Shown here one piece after another: positions 36,054 through 49,700 of a DNA stretch of 64,000 bases. Made by a program: the position numbers and the translations under genes. The notes below the pieces were generated by a model. It did not search any database. It was not told where the DNA came from and saw only the letters and a program-made list of their open reading frames with translations. Source of the stretch: Veleropilina oligotropha (taxonomy: Eukaryota); the NCBI GenBank assembly GCA_048128005.1, contig JBEUKZ010000023.1, positions 186,001 to 250,000 on the forward strand, read 5' to 3'. The stretch's first letter is position 1, and each line of letters opens with the position of its first letter.

Positions 36054-37170
36054 AGGAGATGGCATAGAATACCATTACCCGTCCTTCGTTAGGAGATGTT
36101 AAATGGAGCTTCCAACTACAGAAAAGTCTGAAAAATGGCAAAATGTAAAAAAAAACTGATCTGATTCACATCACCAGGAAGACTGCACAGTACATATCCA
36201 ACTGTCAGGAATGACGCAGCTTTTCCAGTACAATTGCCATTGCCAATAACCAATATCAAACCATTGGAAGTAAATTAAGAACCCGGCTATCAAAAGATGT
36301 CAATCTAATAAAGAAAGCACTTTCAAGACAGCTGAAAAACTTGTTAGCGGGGTTCATTGCAAATAAGTAATATATGACCAAGCACACACCAAAATAATTT
36401 AACAATGAGCCATCAGGCAAAATGTCAACATTGTTATTCAAAAGCTAGCCCTTAGGGATAAACTTACATTATTTTCGGCTTGATGAAATTGCTCTAAGGA
36501 AATGGAGTACTTTAACGATATTTGCTAATTACAGTGACAGCCTCAGCAGCATGCAAATTTCTTATGCTTGCTGCAAATAAACTGAAGACAATATATCACA
36601 AATGGATGTTTTTAACGAGAGCACAGCTGAATATAGCTAGGAATAATAATTATGTTGATTGATTTCAGCAGAATGTTTTACATGATAGCAATCTAAATGT
36701 ACACCTAATAAAAATATGCCATTATCTGAGAGCTATGCATGATCAACCTTTCAAAGTCAATTAGAAAGAAAATAACAAATAATGGTTCAGGTTTGTAGTT
36801 TCTTATCATTATACTTGGTCAAGATTAAGTTATTTAATGTCGTGTTCTTACTCGTTAACGAACAAAATTCTCAAGCACATAACTTGAGGTGGTTTATCCT
36901 CCTCACACCGCAGCCATCTTACATACAGGTCTTAATATGAAAATGACAAAAACCGACTGCAGTCGTGACCTTGTTAAAACTAGTTAAGTATCATGTATGA
37001 TATTTGCTACAAAATTGGATAATAACTGTTGAATGTACAGTAGAGCACCCACAGGAAATATCTGCCGGCGTGGTGACGAAACAGAAACAAAGGATAGTAA
37101 TTTCATCTATTTGTGGGATATCATCACATTTCAATTTAATATGTAAACAATCATTTCAATTTAATATGTA

Positions 37171-39162
37171 AACAAGGCAATCACAGATCGCGGAGGAGGA
37201 GGAATTATGCTTAATGTCCTGTATATTTATAACATCGAGGTTCAAGGCAGGACATGTCCGTGTTATCGCGGGAGGAAACCCCGGTCGCCGGGTAAACCCG
37301 CCCTCTTCGGCCAGTCACGGACAACTGTGCTTCATAACTTGAACAAATGTGTGTTGCCTCAGCCGGGGGTCGATCCCACTACTGTTCGCGTCAGCGGAAA
37401 GCCAGTGAATTTAGAGTGTACACTCTACCCACTGCGCTACCGAAGCGGCCTTCCAATCACAGATCGCAAACCTTCGCCTCGGTGGCAAGGAATGGTGAAA
37501 GCTAGCAATCTCTGCGAATACTAGATAAAGAACATATTGAGCCTAATTACCTTCGGTTCGAACAAACCATGCAAATGTCTGCAGTGATGACATGTAGCTG
37601 ATATCAGTTAGAAGCGCCAATTCGAGCAACAATGTTTAGAAAGAAAAGCTTGATAATTCATGGAGACTAAACGTTTTAAATTTCCATTTGATTCCATTTC
37701 ACTAGAGTAGACTCACTCTATATATAGTAACTGCAAATGCGATTGGTAACTGTGACTTCAGAGTCACCAGTCGAGAACGGAAGGTCACCAGAATGACTCT
37801 CTTTAAATAGCATAAGTAGGGGGGGGGGGGGGGGGGGGGGGTATAGTGTATGAATTACTAAATATAAAAGATGAACTAAATTCTGATTATAATAACAATT
37901 TTAAAACAAAAGTTAATGCATGTGGGTTGCCTATTACTTCAATCTGCACTTTCTGTCTCTATCTCTCCTAGCACGCATCCTTAGTGAATTACAGTGTACC
38001 TCCAGTTGTGTCAACACCGTCTGTCACTACACAACCAGGAGGCCGAGAACCAATCACTCATCCCTACACACAGTTCCAACAACTAGCCCAAATGAAATCT
38101 GACCATATCTGACCCAGAAATATTAATGTGAATTCCTATGCTGAACTATCAACTTACAATGAATATGTTGCAAATGAGTGAACTTCATAATATAACGAAA
38201 CTGACAATACGTAACTCACAATAATTCAGTAGTTACTAAAGGGATATTCCAGAAATTTTCAGGAAAGGTAGATTACGGTAACCTTGCTAAATGGTGTAAA
38301 TTATATCACAGCGTTAGCAGCATTTAAAGAGCTACCACAAATAGCGCGACGTCTCGTCTATTTTATCTTCAGAACAAAACTTATTGCAACAAATTCGCTC
38401 TAACACACAAAGTATATCAATAAGAGTTGTAGATAATGTCACACTCTGTAACTTGTTGAAATTTGAGGTGTCTGGTGTCAATGGCAACCAATTTACGTCC
38501 CTGAGCTGCATTTTAATTTGGTTGATTTCTAAAATGCTTATAAAGTTAACATTTCTCATTATTTTTTCTGATATAAAGATAATTTCATCAGGACTACGAT
38601 TTGCATAACGAATTTAAACAATATAATTAGATTTGCCGAAATTAGAAATTGACCCCTATGATTAAATTTTAAATTTCCCTGGCGGCCATCTTGTGTGATG
38701 TAGATTCTATATATTTCATGTTATCATTGGCCCCAGGTCTTAAGAACATTTTAAGCCTTATTTGAAGTTTGTCCAACAAAGTGTTTTAACGCTACAGCCA
38801 AAAATCCGTAAACCGGAAATTGCGTCATAAAATCCGGACCCCGATGACAATCCGAACCATCTTCGAGGAGGACCGACCCTAGGATGGATTCTATCTCGAG
38901 TAAATAGGATCAATGGTTGTTGAGATATGCTCGCGGACAGACAATTCGCGAACCGGAAATTACAAAATTGCGTCATAAAATCCGGGGCCGCTTTCCGATT
39001 CCGACCATCTTTGAGGGGGACCGAGCGTATGGTGGACCCTATCTGGTGTGAGTTAATTGGAGTAACGGTTATCCAGATATGCTCGCGGACAGACAAACAA
39101 ACACACAGACAAACAGACCCGATTGCAATACCTTCTCCCACCACTACGTGGGCGAAGGTAAA
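37171..39162. mobile_element. HINE-like family D element, copy 1 (contains a SINE)
   Basis: Both ends are shared with 59659-60495: AACAAGGCAATCACAGAT.. and ..GATTGCAATACCTTCTCCCAC..GTGGGCGAAGGTAA. Confidence 0.7.
37192..37453 (-). mobile_element. tRNA-derived SINE, subfamily a
   Basis: Near-identical to copy 1. 14-bp TSD CAATCACAGATCGC at 37178-37191 and 37454-37467. Confidence 0.92.
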
Positions 39163-39563
39163 GATATATGATTTTGAATGATTCCAAAATTGTTCGCATT
39201 TACATTCATATTGACATCTATTCAATCACCATGAAAATAAGAAAGGAGCAGGTGTACATACCAAAAGATTGCATCTACATATAGCATTCTCCAAATTGTT
39301 GACATGTTCTATTTGTTACCAGGCTGTGTGTCTATAATAATTTATTGATGACACACTTCTCATAAGCTTGACATTGCACATCAATGCAGCAGACAAAATA
39401 TTGTCATCTCTTGTGGTTATTGGAGTCCAATAATAATTCACAACTTTATATCAACTAACCATTTTTGCAGTAATAATTCCAATATCAATTCACAATTTTA
39501 TAGCAAATTTTCACATTTATAAATAGTCAAAGGTGAATTCAGTTAAGGAGAAAGGCAGAGTAA

Positions 39564-40232
39564 AGCTGTGTTTCCATTAACACGGCTCCTGTGCGGCTCC
39601 AGCATTTGAGTGTCTCGTTAGATGCAGGTGACGCATGCGGCTAGCGTGTGTTTGCTATAGAAGTTCATTAAAATGGCCGACAATGCAAGGATGCATAATG
39701 ATGCAGTAGAAGTTTTGCAAACTGAAGTTTTGGTGGAAGAAGAACTGATACTTATTATTGCAGAATTCCACATTCTAAAGAAAAGAAACGCCACAATGAA
39801 ACATCGTTTTGGGGACCGTCAAATAATAAAACGGAGACCGCAACAATGCGCTTTCCACAACCTCTTGCATCTGTTACATCATACAGATACGTGCCAGATC
39901 GAACTAATTCAATTAGCTTTTCAAGGTCACCTCTGCTTATTACAACACTGGATTTCACATTGGCTGGCATGATTATGTTAAATGATAGTGCACATGTCAG
40001 GAAATTTTGAAATAGCGGGGGTACAAGAAATTACTTTCTTTGAATATTGTGCCATATAAGGTATGCGATTCATCTGCGGTCCGGCTGGAATCGCTACATG
40101 GAGCGATCGGTAAAAAACGCATCCGGGTAGTTTCGGGCCCGCATGCCGGACCGCATTAATGGAAACACCTGTATTGAAATTGATGGTAAGTGATTACACC
40201 CGGACCGGAGCCGTGTTAATGGAAACACAGCT
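39564..40232. mobile_element. PIF/Harbinger internally deleted element
   Basis: Perfect 26-bp TIR AGCTGTGTTTCCATTAACACGGCTCC and TAA TSD. Residual transposase-like and MADF-like N-termini inside. Confidence 0.88.
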
Positions 40233-41080
40233 TAACTCTCCATTCATGAAAAAGAATGTACATAGCAGAGACCCCGAAGGGGCCGAGGTTCATTCTTTTT
40301 CAGGGATGGAGAGTTACGAGGTTTTTCTCTGACTTAAAACACAGACACAATATTGATAATTTCTTGCTAGCGTAATTCATTATCTTAACTGTCCGTTATT
40401 AAGTGTTTTTTATTTTCATTTAAATAATAAACTCTGGATTGTCGAGAACTTCTATTCACGTTTTAATCACCTCCTTCTGTGAATTGCGTTCATTGTTATA
40501 TTGATAGCCTATTGTTCTATTAATCAAGTACATGCTTTTGTCAGTGTCCTAAATAATGTTCAATGTGCAATGTGACCCGATTTGAACGATTTTCATGTGC
40601 AGTTCCATTTCATCGTGATCACATGGGCACAGTATTGAACAATTTAATTTCGTCGAAAAATCGACGGCATTGCGTTCGGATGAGAAAAATTCTTTAGTGG
40701 TACGTACATGTAGTAAAAATTTCAGTATGGGTACCAGAACTTGAAATCTCATTTTAACTTGATGCAGCAGAGTATAAAAGCGATACACAGGAATTTTTAA
40801 TGTGTGCAACACGTGAATACCAACTGTGCGATGGAAATTTGCGAAGTGTGCGTTGTCGAAATTTAACAAAGATGTCATTTCATTTGGATTTAAACAATAT
40901 GGATTTACTTCACGGCATGGTATTTCACTCTCTGTTTGCAAGTGATTTCGACAAAACAACGGATATATATACAAAATATGCGTTATCGTAATAAAATGTG
41001 CAACGGAGATATCATTTCAATTGGAATTTATTGCACGATGTCTGATTTGATGCTCTTTGGTTCGCTGAATAAAGGAGCGT

Positions 41081-41330
41081 TTAACTCTTTGAGCCATCAA
41101 TAAAAACTGCACTGATCACAGCAGCCTACATTATATTACATAATATTGTGCCATTACATATTTAGTTAACATATTATGTGTATATAAAGATATTTTATCT
41201 TTATAGATCTTGATTGTAATCCATTTTTTGTATTTGGACTCTTAGCTTACAAACAGACTACTACGCCACAGAATCGGTAGTTCCATATCTATTGGGTCGG
41301 GTATGGCCGATTCATGGCGCAAAGAGTTAC
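41081..41330. mobile_element. Small piggyBac-like MITE
   Basis: TTAACTCTTTGAGCCA / TGGCGCAAAGAGTTAC, a 14/15 inverted match. TTAA on the left, TTAC on the right. Confidence 0.5.
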
Positions 41331-42141
41331 ACACAGAAAAACATGGCGGCTGTGTTTTAAGTATAATTCTTGAGTAGTTTGTCACATTAGCTCAGATTTT
41401 CAAAGTTATATTCCTGTACCTCAATGTTACATGAAAACACATAGTGCCAACACCCATTAACAAACGAACATGTCAAATACAAATTGTAACTAAATGTTTC
41501 TTAATCATGTTGATGCTTTTGTTACTCAGGCATACCATCTTACATGCATCAGTTTGTCAGTGCAAATATATCTTTTGTTAATCGATCATGACTAACACGT
41601 AACATGCATTTGCACAAATATATCTGTCGCCACCTAAGACTAAGTATAGTATGAATCACTAGGTATACTGACATTGGTGGTCTATTAATGAGGTTTTCAA
41701 CAAATTAACATTTTGTGCCACATGCATCTTCGAAGGAATTTGTTCTAACATCTTAGAAATGACTGAACACTTGTTTGCACTCACACACCCGTCTCAATTA
41801 CTATCAGTAAAATCCTATAAATGGTCATGTGGAAATCTTAGCAAAATATTAATAATTTTCAGTTAACCCATCCATATACACATTATAATATATATTTTTG
41901 TTAAAACACTAAGCCTAAGACGAAAGGATTATTTCATTACCTTGAAATATTTGACATAATAAATCTGAAAATATTATATACATGTACTTATCTACAGTCT
42001 TATAATTAAATAGCTGCTATATTCGGCTGTTTTGTCATATTCAGCAATTTACTGTTTATTGCTGTCAATATTTGAGTTAATTGTGCTTGCACGGCACTTC
42101 AAAAATAGCAACTAACAAGACACTAATTAAGAAATTCTTAC

Positions 42142-42240
42142 CTTCATATTCAGCAGGAGTTTTCCAAACGTCACCTCGCCGGATTTGGAAGTAATTTTCC
42201 CCATATATTTCGGTTGTCCATTCATCTTGGATTGGCTCAT
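42142..42240 (-). CDS. Candidate first coding exon of an unidentified host gene (MSQSKMNGQPKYMGKITSKSGEVTFGKLLLNMK)
   Basis: ATG with an upstream in-frame stop, 33 codons, strong phase-0 donor AAG|GTAAGA, non-repetitive context. No homology recognised. Confidence 0.3.
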
Positions 42241-43604
42241 TTCATCATTACAAATTGTCACTAAAATTCACTTCTAATTATATCCAAGGTTTTCTCAAAT
42301 ATCCGCATCAATGCACATATAATACTCCCATACTATAGCTGATGTAAATAATCCCTGCTATACATTACATCCACTGCACTACAATAATAGGTAGCTATCA
42401 TATATACAAGCACTCAGTGCATCATTTCCGGATGTGCGTCTATTTCAGCAGTGCAATAGGAAATGAACGACTCTGAAGTTCATTTCACATTGCAAGAGAC
42501 AACTGTTCATCGCAGCTAGCAGCTGATTTGGTCTATGACCTCAGGGTCACAATGAGTCTGGCATAGAAAGTGGCTGAGGTTGGCTGGGAGGCTTTGACTT
42601 GGCAATCATGCAAACAAACATATCATTTCTTGGTCCAAAGAATGCTCCGCTAACAGGCTATAGAAATATGACATCAGTCCTAAGTCTTAATAATCGCAAA
42701 GCAGTTGTTCCAGCATCAACTAGTGTTATAGTCTGTTTCAGAAAAGATGTCACTCGGGTATACATAGATTACTCGTGTCAAGTAATGCCAAGTAATTAGA
42801 TCTAGAAGGATTTATTTATTTAATCCAGTCCTCAGATTGACTAGTTCTATATAGGGCCCTCGAAATATACATTGCATGGATTTAATATATATACTAGAAT
42901 ATGATTATAGACCTGAAGACCTATGTGTCGACGGATACAGTAGTGTAAATATATAATTGGAAATTAATCTGACAGATATGTGTACAATAATCTAAATGGT
43001 CCATGTAGTAACATTAATCGGGTAAACAAACTGTTAACCTTTCCGCTTAATCACGGCATCTAATGTTGAATTAATCGACGCAGCCTGCACAAGATTATTG
43101 TTAATCAGGTCAATGTGGACGCTTCCATATCTAATATACATGTGCATTTACAACCAATTACCACTTAGTTTAATTGAGGTGTGCATGTAAAGTTCAAATC
43201 AATCATTTATAAGTGAGTGAAGAACTTGCAAAATTTACTACTACACTTCATCAAATGACAATGATGACTAAATAGTACGGACTAAATTCCTGTTTATTAA
43301 TATATGTTACAAAAAAATTAGATATGGAAAAACGTACCAATTTAATTTGCAGTAGTATTTAATGTGTATACTAATTACTAAGTGAGTACGTACTAGACAT
43401 TAACAATCAAATCAATATTTTCTAAAATCTTAAATGATATTACAAAGTTTACTAAATTATCATAATGGTGAAGTAATCAAAATATACTGTCATTATTACT
43501 GTTAAAATTTCATTAATAATTTTTAAAACTATCATTTCTATTATTAAAATACATTTGGCTTGTTGATTGAATTTTTCCCATTCAAAACCCTTTATGGTGA
43601 CAAA

Positions 43605-43765
43605 CGTTGAAACCAGTCCGCTCTGTCCAGTTATGGACAATTGTGTCTGTTGTCTCGACAAACTTTCCGAGCCGAAGACTCGAACCTACCCCAGCGAAGC
43701 ATGTCATCCTGTGGAATGAATTTAGAGCTATAGAAATGGATGGACCCAATCAGTCACCGGGGTAG
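43605..43765 (-). mobile_element. Old SINE-related fragment
   Basis: CCAGTTATGGACAATTGTG followed by GACTCGAACC (B-box on the minus strand). Confidence 0.4.
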
Positions 43766-45638
43766 TCCGTTGCTCACAAACATTATTATTTTAAAGCATG
43801 TTCTATTTTCTTGATCTACACGTAAAGACCGACCAAGAGTAACCCATATTAGTATTACGCACATGGACAGGAAGCCTTGTAATGCAATTTATTAGGCACA
43901 AATTCTATTTTTTCTTCGCAAAATAAATCAACAATCTTCTGTCACATCTGTCAATGCAGAGGGTGATTAACGAACAGACCAGATGCACAGATACCACAAC
44001 ACTTATTCCATGCCTAGAGGGAGACTGTCACAATTAACCAATTACATACCAGAATGGAGTCTGTCACAAATAACTCCTTACAAACTGGTATGCTTGAATA
44101 TTACTAATTAATGCAAACAAACATTAATAATACATTTGATATTGCGATACAAGTACAAGTTGAATAATTGAAAAATGGCAACGTGGTTAAGATTATTGGA
44201 TTGTTAAGTCATAATATACACAATCATTGAAGGGAAATTTTACAACATTACCTAGATTTACTATGAAACTCGTCTATTTCAATGGAATAGTCTAGAAAAC
44301 AGACAAGCCAAAACTGATGGAACTCGAAAGCATTCTTTGCAGTGAAATGAATAGCAATCTGATGCACGATTTCACACACAGGCTTAGAACGTATTTAATT
44401 TCAAACACTGACAAACTGTCTCCAAAGCATGTACATGACACACTATTACCACAGGCATGATATACAAATATCCTGCTCAGACCGAATATAGAGACACTTC
44501 ATCGAATGATAAAAGTAAATGATAAAGGAAAGGATTCGTTAGTTGTTCAACAATCGCTTGTAACTGTAATCCGCGAAGCTAGCACATCGACAAACAAGCC
44601 TCGAGTCAGTAATCATCGCAAATCTGCAAAGCAATCGCAAAATTGCCAAGAATCTGTGGTGAGAATTGTCTCTAAACCCATCACAAAGAAAAACGTATCA
44701 ATTTTCGCAGAGAACATTTACCAGAGAACGAAAATTAGGCAGCATGGCCACTGTCGATTGTCTATTAGGAAGATTCTTCGTGTTCGCAGATAAGCCAGCG
44801 GGCTACCGAGAGCAGAGATTAGGGATAATCGAGCACTCACGGTGCACAGCAGGCATTAAATATACATGCAAACAAACAGAGGGTCGCGCACGTGCTGAAT
44901 GTCGCTCTCGAGTTACCTGCAGCTGTGAGCATGCATGTGCATTTACAGAAAACAGAGGAAGGTCCAAATGTACAAATAGACATCTGCGACTATTTCAAGA
45001 AATTGTTCAATTAGTCATATCAAATACTCAAAATCTGCAAAATTATACAAAGCATTATTTGAAGAAAATAGAACCAACTAATTAAGAAGGGTTTATTTTT
45101 AGTTGCCCTCAGCTAATTGAACTTTATGACAGTATCAACAATGAAGGCGAGAATTCAAAATATGTTTGGTCGTGTACGGAATGGTTTTCATTGGTTGATC
45201 GATGACATGTGAGTAGCAAATCGCAGGCTTCGATTACAGAATAGATCCAATTGATTAATCGATGATACGAGGTTGCCATTCACAATCTGTATGCTTTCCA
45301 AAAGTCGCTACAATTACGGAATAGTAACGATAGGTCAAGAATTCATGACTACTACTCTAAATTGCGTACAAAATTCAGATATTAGACACGTGCACTGGAC
45401 ATATACAATCTGTTCTTGTAATGGCAATATACAATCCCATTTTAAAATACCCATGGAAAAAAATCAATGAGGAAGTCAGTTTTCAAAATCCATCCAATTT
45501 ATCTGTTTTGAAAATTGCAGCTCCACAGTGACCAATAAGCTTAACAGCTTGCAGTACCTAATCACGGTGAGCAAGTCTTACAGATAAGCACGTCCCTTTC
45601 ATCATACATACATAATATTCACATAAGTAAGGAAAAGA

Positions 45639-46710
45639 AACAAGAGTCATCAGAAGATGTATCCCCCCCCCCCCCCGTTGGAACGTTAATTTTAACACCA
45701 CATCCCTGCAATATCCCCCACAATGGTAAATTAACAACTAGCGAATTCTCGACCCGGCAAGTTGATGGGATGTATCCGCTCGCTCGGTAGCAATAATCAC
45801 TAGGCGCCGTGTCCTCATCATACGAAACGTGTATATCTAAGTTGAATCACATCGGATATTAGCTTTTCACTGCAGAGTGCACAAAAGAAATCTCCTCAAA
45901 TAAAATGGCCGCCACGGCAGGCATCTCGAATCTGAAATTGTTAGTCTGTGTTTCCTCATCATAACTAATGTGCATACCAAATTTGAATCAAATCGGATTA
46001 AAATATTTCACTGTAAAGCGCGTACATGAAATCTCTCCAAACAAAATGGCTGCCACGGCAGCCATCTTTGATCTGAAAACGATGAAAATCCTTAGGCAGC
46101 GTGTCCTCATCATAACAAACCCGCATACCAAATTTGAATCTATTCGGATTAGAACTTTTCACTGAAGAGTGCAGACAAGAATTCTCGTCAAAGAAAATGG
46201 CCGCCGCGGTGGGCATCTTTGATCTGAAAATCATTAGGTGGCGTATCTTCATCATAACTAAACCGAAAACCCAATTTGAATCAAATCGGATTATAACTTT
46301 TCACTGTAGAGCGCACACAACAAATTTTCAACAAGGGAAATAACTCTGTTATTAATTATCGCACAACGTTGCAATTAGCAAAAGGCACCAATTCACCAAC
46401 TACTTAATACACCCAGCAAGTTTCGCTAAGTTATGTCCAGCGGTGTAAGAGATATGCTCCGGAAGAGAAAACATTAACAAATGTACAACAAGGGCAGTAA
46501 CTCTGTTAATAATTGGCGAACAACGTCGAAACTGCCAAAAGGCACCACTGTTCACCGGCTACTTGACACCTAGCAAGTTTCGTAAAGTTCTGTCGAACGG
46601 TGTAAGAGATATGCTCCAGAAACGATATCGATTACATACAGACGGACGAACGGACAGACAGACTGGGCGATCGCAAGAGCCCCCCATTGGTAACCGGGGG
46701 GGATAATAAA
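45639..46710. mobile_element. HINE-like element with two monomer types
   Basis: Starts AACAAGAGTCATCAGAAGATG..ATCCCCC, then AAAATGGCCGCC-type monomers and AAGGGCAATAACTCTG-type monomers, ACAG/ACGG microsatellite and CCCCCC..GGGGGGATAATAA end. Confidence 0.75.
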
Positions 46711-46799
46711 GTTAACTTCAAAAATTGAATTTCAATACTCCAAAGCATAATTCAAAAAAATATTTTGCACACTCTGTTCGGTGTTTTTGATCATTGTAG

Positions 46800-49700
46800 T
46801 TCAGGTCAATATTAATTATATCAGCAATTTTTTAAACATATATATATTTCAGAAATGTAAAAGTAGCAAAAGGCATAACTACTCAACCTCGTGAAGCTAT
46901 CCTGTATGATTTGGGAGATATTTCAACACTCAACTTTCGTCAGTAATTTTCTGTTTAAATTAATCGCTACTGAATATTTAAAAATAATAAAACGCGGTCC
47001 GCGTTTAATTACCTTGCACAGAGTTCATTTCCAATTGACCTAGTTGGAACACAGTTGCATTGGTTTCTGCTCGTCAAGTAAGATAGCTTTCTACTTGACA
47101 ATAACATATATTGCCCAGTTACAATAATAATTTCAATAAAAGTCTATCATTTGATCATATATCGATCATATCCTCGTGAAATTAGTATCAATCTGCACGA
47201 GCCGTGCGATATGTGCGATAGTGGTAGTCAGGACAACTCGTGCCAGAGACAACTCGTATATTTATGGGCAATAGTCTCTTTAAAATAGCAAAAGGCACAA
47301 CCACTTAACTTAGTTAATGATTGTACCAAGTTTTGAGATGCTAGCATGTACGGTTTGTCAGATATGCTCTGGCCAAACACGTCGCCGATTATAGTCAAAC
47401 TAATATCGGCCATTATTTTAAATAAAAAATTTCTGAAACTAGCAAAAGGCACAAGTACTCAACCTAATTAATGTGAGTACCATGTTTCGTGAAGCTATCC
47501 TGTATGATTTGGAACATATGCTCCAGACAAACGCGCCATACACCCCATTCGGTGCATTCGTTCATTGTAGTCGATGTCAATCTTATATCAGCAACTTTTT
47601 TAACAAGAGCCATCAGAAGATGACATATCCCCCCGGTGCACAGATGTCTCACACAGAAGATGCGGCAAGGAAATCATAGTCATCAGTAACTAAGCATGTC
47701 TTAACTGGACAGGTTTCAGCAGAATTCTAACGGAATAAAGTTGAACTTACAAGTAATGAAAATATGATTATTCATAGGGATTGAACTGCATTTATGGTGG
47801 TTATGATGATTGAATTCTTTAGAATATATGCAATTCATATCTCCATAAATGGAAACAAAATAAGAGTTAAATCCTTACATTTACAATAGTATTTAATTAG
47901 ATTTACGGAAAAATAATACTTTGTTTGTACCAGTAGTAATTATTGTATATTGTCGGGTAACATCCAATTAGCGGAACAGCCTTTCCATCTTGCAATAAGT
48001 AGTTCTTATATGGTTGTAAAAATAATCAACAATATTGTTAACCTCGATTCATAAATTTTATTGATATTTACATTTGAGACAAAATTGACAAGTATAACAA
48101 TTATTGTGCTAAATAGAGGATGGTGTAAATATATATATTGGTATTACTACGCCTAGCTTATTTCAACTATTGGTTTCATAGTTGCAAGAAAGCAACCAAC
48201 TGGCGGGTGACATAAATAATAGCCCTTCAGCTTGGTAACCATGTGAACATGATATTTCACATGATATCCAAATGTTTCTTCGGAGGCATCCAAGTTTCAT
48301 ACAGATATGTTAAGCATGTTAAGATATATGCTCTGGAAACGAAACCATTATGGACGGATGGACAGAAGAACGAACAGATAGACATACCGATGACTATATC
48401 GCGTTTTAAGATATATGCGCCGGCAAAGGGAAATTTATGGTAATAAAAATAGTAAAAAGTTTAAGCAAGGGCAATAACTCTGTTAATAATCGCCTGAGAA
48501 CGTCGAAATATGCAAAAGGCACCAGCAACTTAATACAGGCACCAAATTTCATAAAGCTATGCTGAGCGGTTTATGAGATACGCTCTGTAAGAGATAGCAT
48601 TAACAAATTTACAACAAGGGCAATAACTCTGGTAATAATCGCACTAGTTCACCGACTACTTAACACACCCAGGACTACTTAACACACCCAGCAAGTTTCG
48701 TAAAGTTATGTCGAGCGGTATATGAGATATGCTCTGGAAAAGAGATCGATTAGACAAGGGCAATAACTCTGTTAATAATCGCCGCTCAACGTCGAAACTT
48801 GCAAAAGGCACCAGTTTACCGACTACTTAATATATCCAGCAAGTTTCGTAAAGTTATATCGAGCGGTATATGAGATATGCTCTGGAAAAGAGATCGATTA
48901 GAATTTACAACAAGGGCAATAACTCTGTTAATAATCGCCGCACAACGGCGAAACTGGCAAAAGGCACCAGTTCACCGACTACTTAATACACCCAGCAAGT
49001 TTCGTAAAGTTATGTCGAGCGGTGTATGAGATATGCTCCGGAAACGATATCAATTAGAATTTACAACAAGGGAAATAACTCTGTTAATAATCGCCGCTCA
49101 ACGTCGAAACTGGCAAAAGGCACCAGTTCACCATGTCCATAATACACCCACCAAGTGTCGTAAAGATATGAAAAGCAGTTTATGAGATATGCTCCGGAAA
49201 CGAAATGATTACAGACGGACGGACAGGCGGACGGACGGACGGACATGCTGATGACTATATCCCCCCGCATTTAATGCCGGGGGGATAAAAATTCAAAAAA
49301 CATGAAAATAGCAAAAGGCACAGCTACCCAACATAATTAATGTGCGTACCAAGTTTCGTGAATCTAGTATGTACAATTTGGAAGATATGCTTCAGACAAA
49401 TGCATCGCCTATTATATAGTCTATGTCAATCTTATATCGGGCATTTTTTTAAAATAAAAATTTCAGAAACCTGTAGATATCAAAAGGCACAACTGCTCAA
49501 CCTAGCTAATGTGTATACCATGTTTCGTGAAGCTATCCTGTATGGTTTGGGAGGTATGCTCCGGAAAAAATCGTCGCACACTCCATTCATTGCCTTCATT
49601 CATTGTAGTCTATGTCAGTCTTACTTTAAACTATTTTTTTAAATAAAAATTTCAAAAAACCTGAAAATAGCAATAGGTATAACTACTCAACCTAGTTAGT

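Noticed and set aside
37985..38102. LINE RT C-terminal remnant (HYTTRRPRTNHSS)
   Set aside because: Similarity too short; the expected SFFPRT..WN motif is missing.
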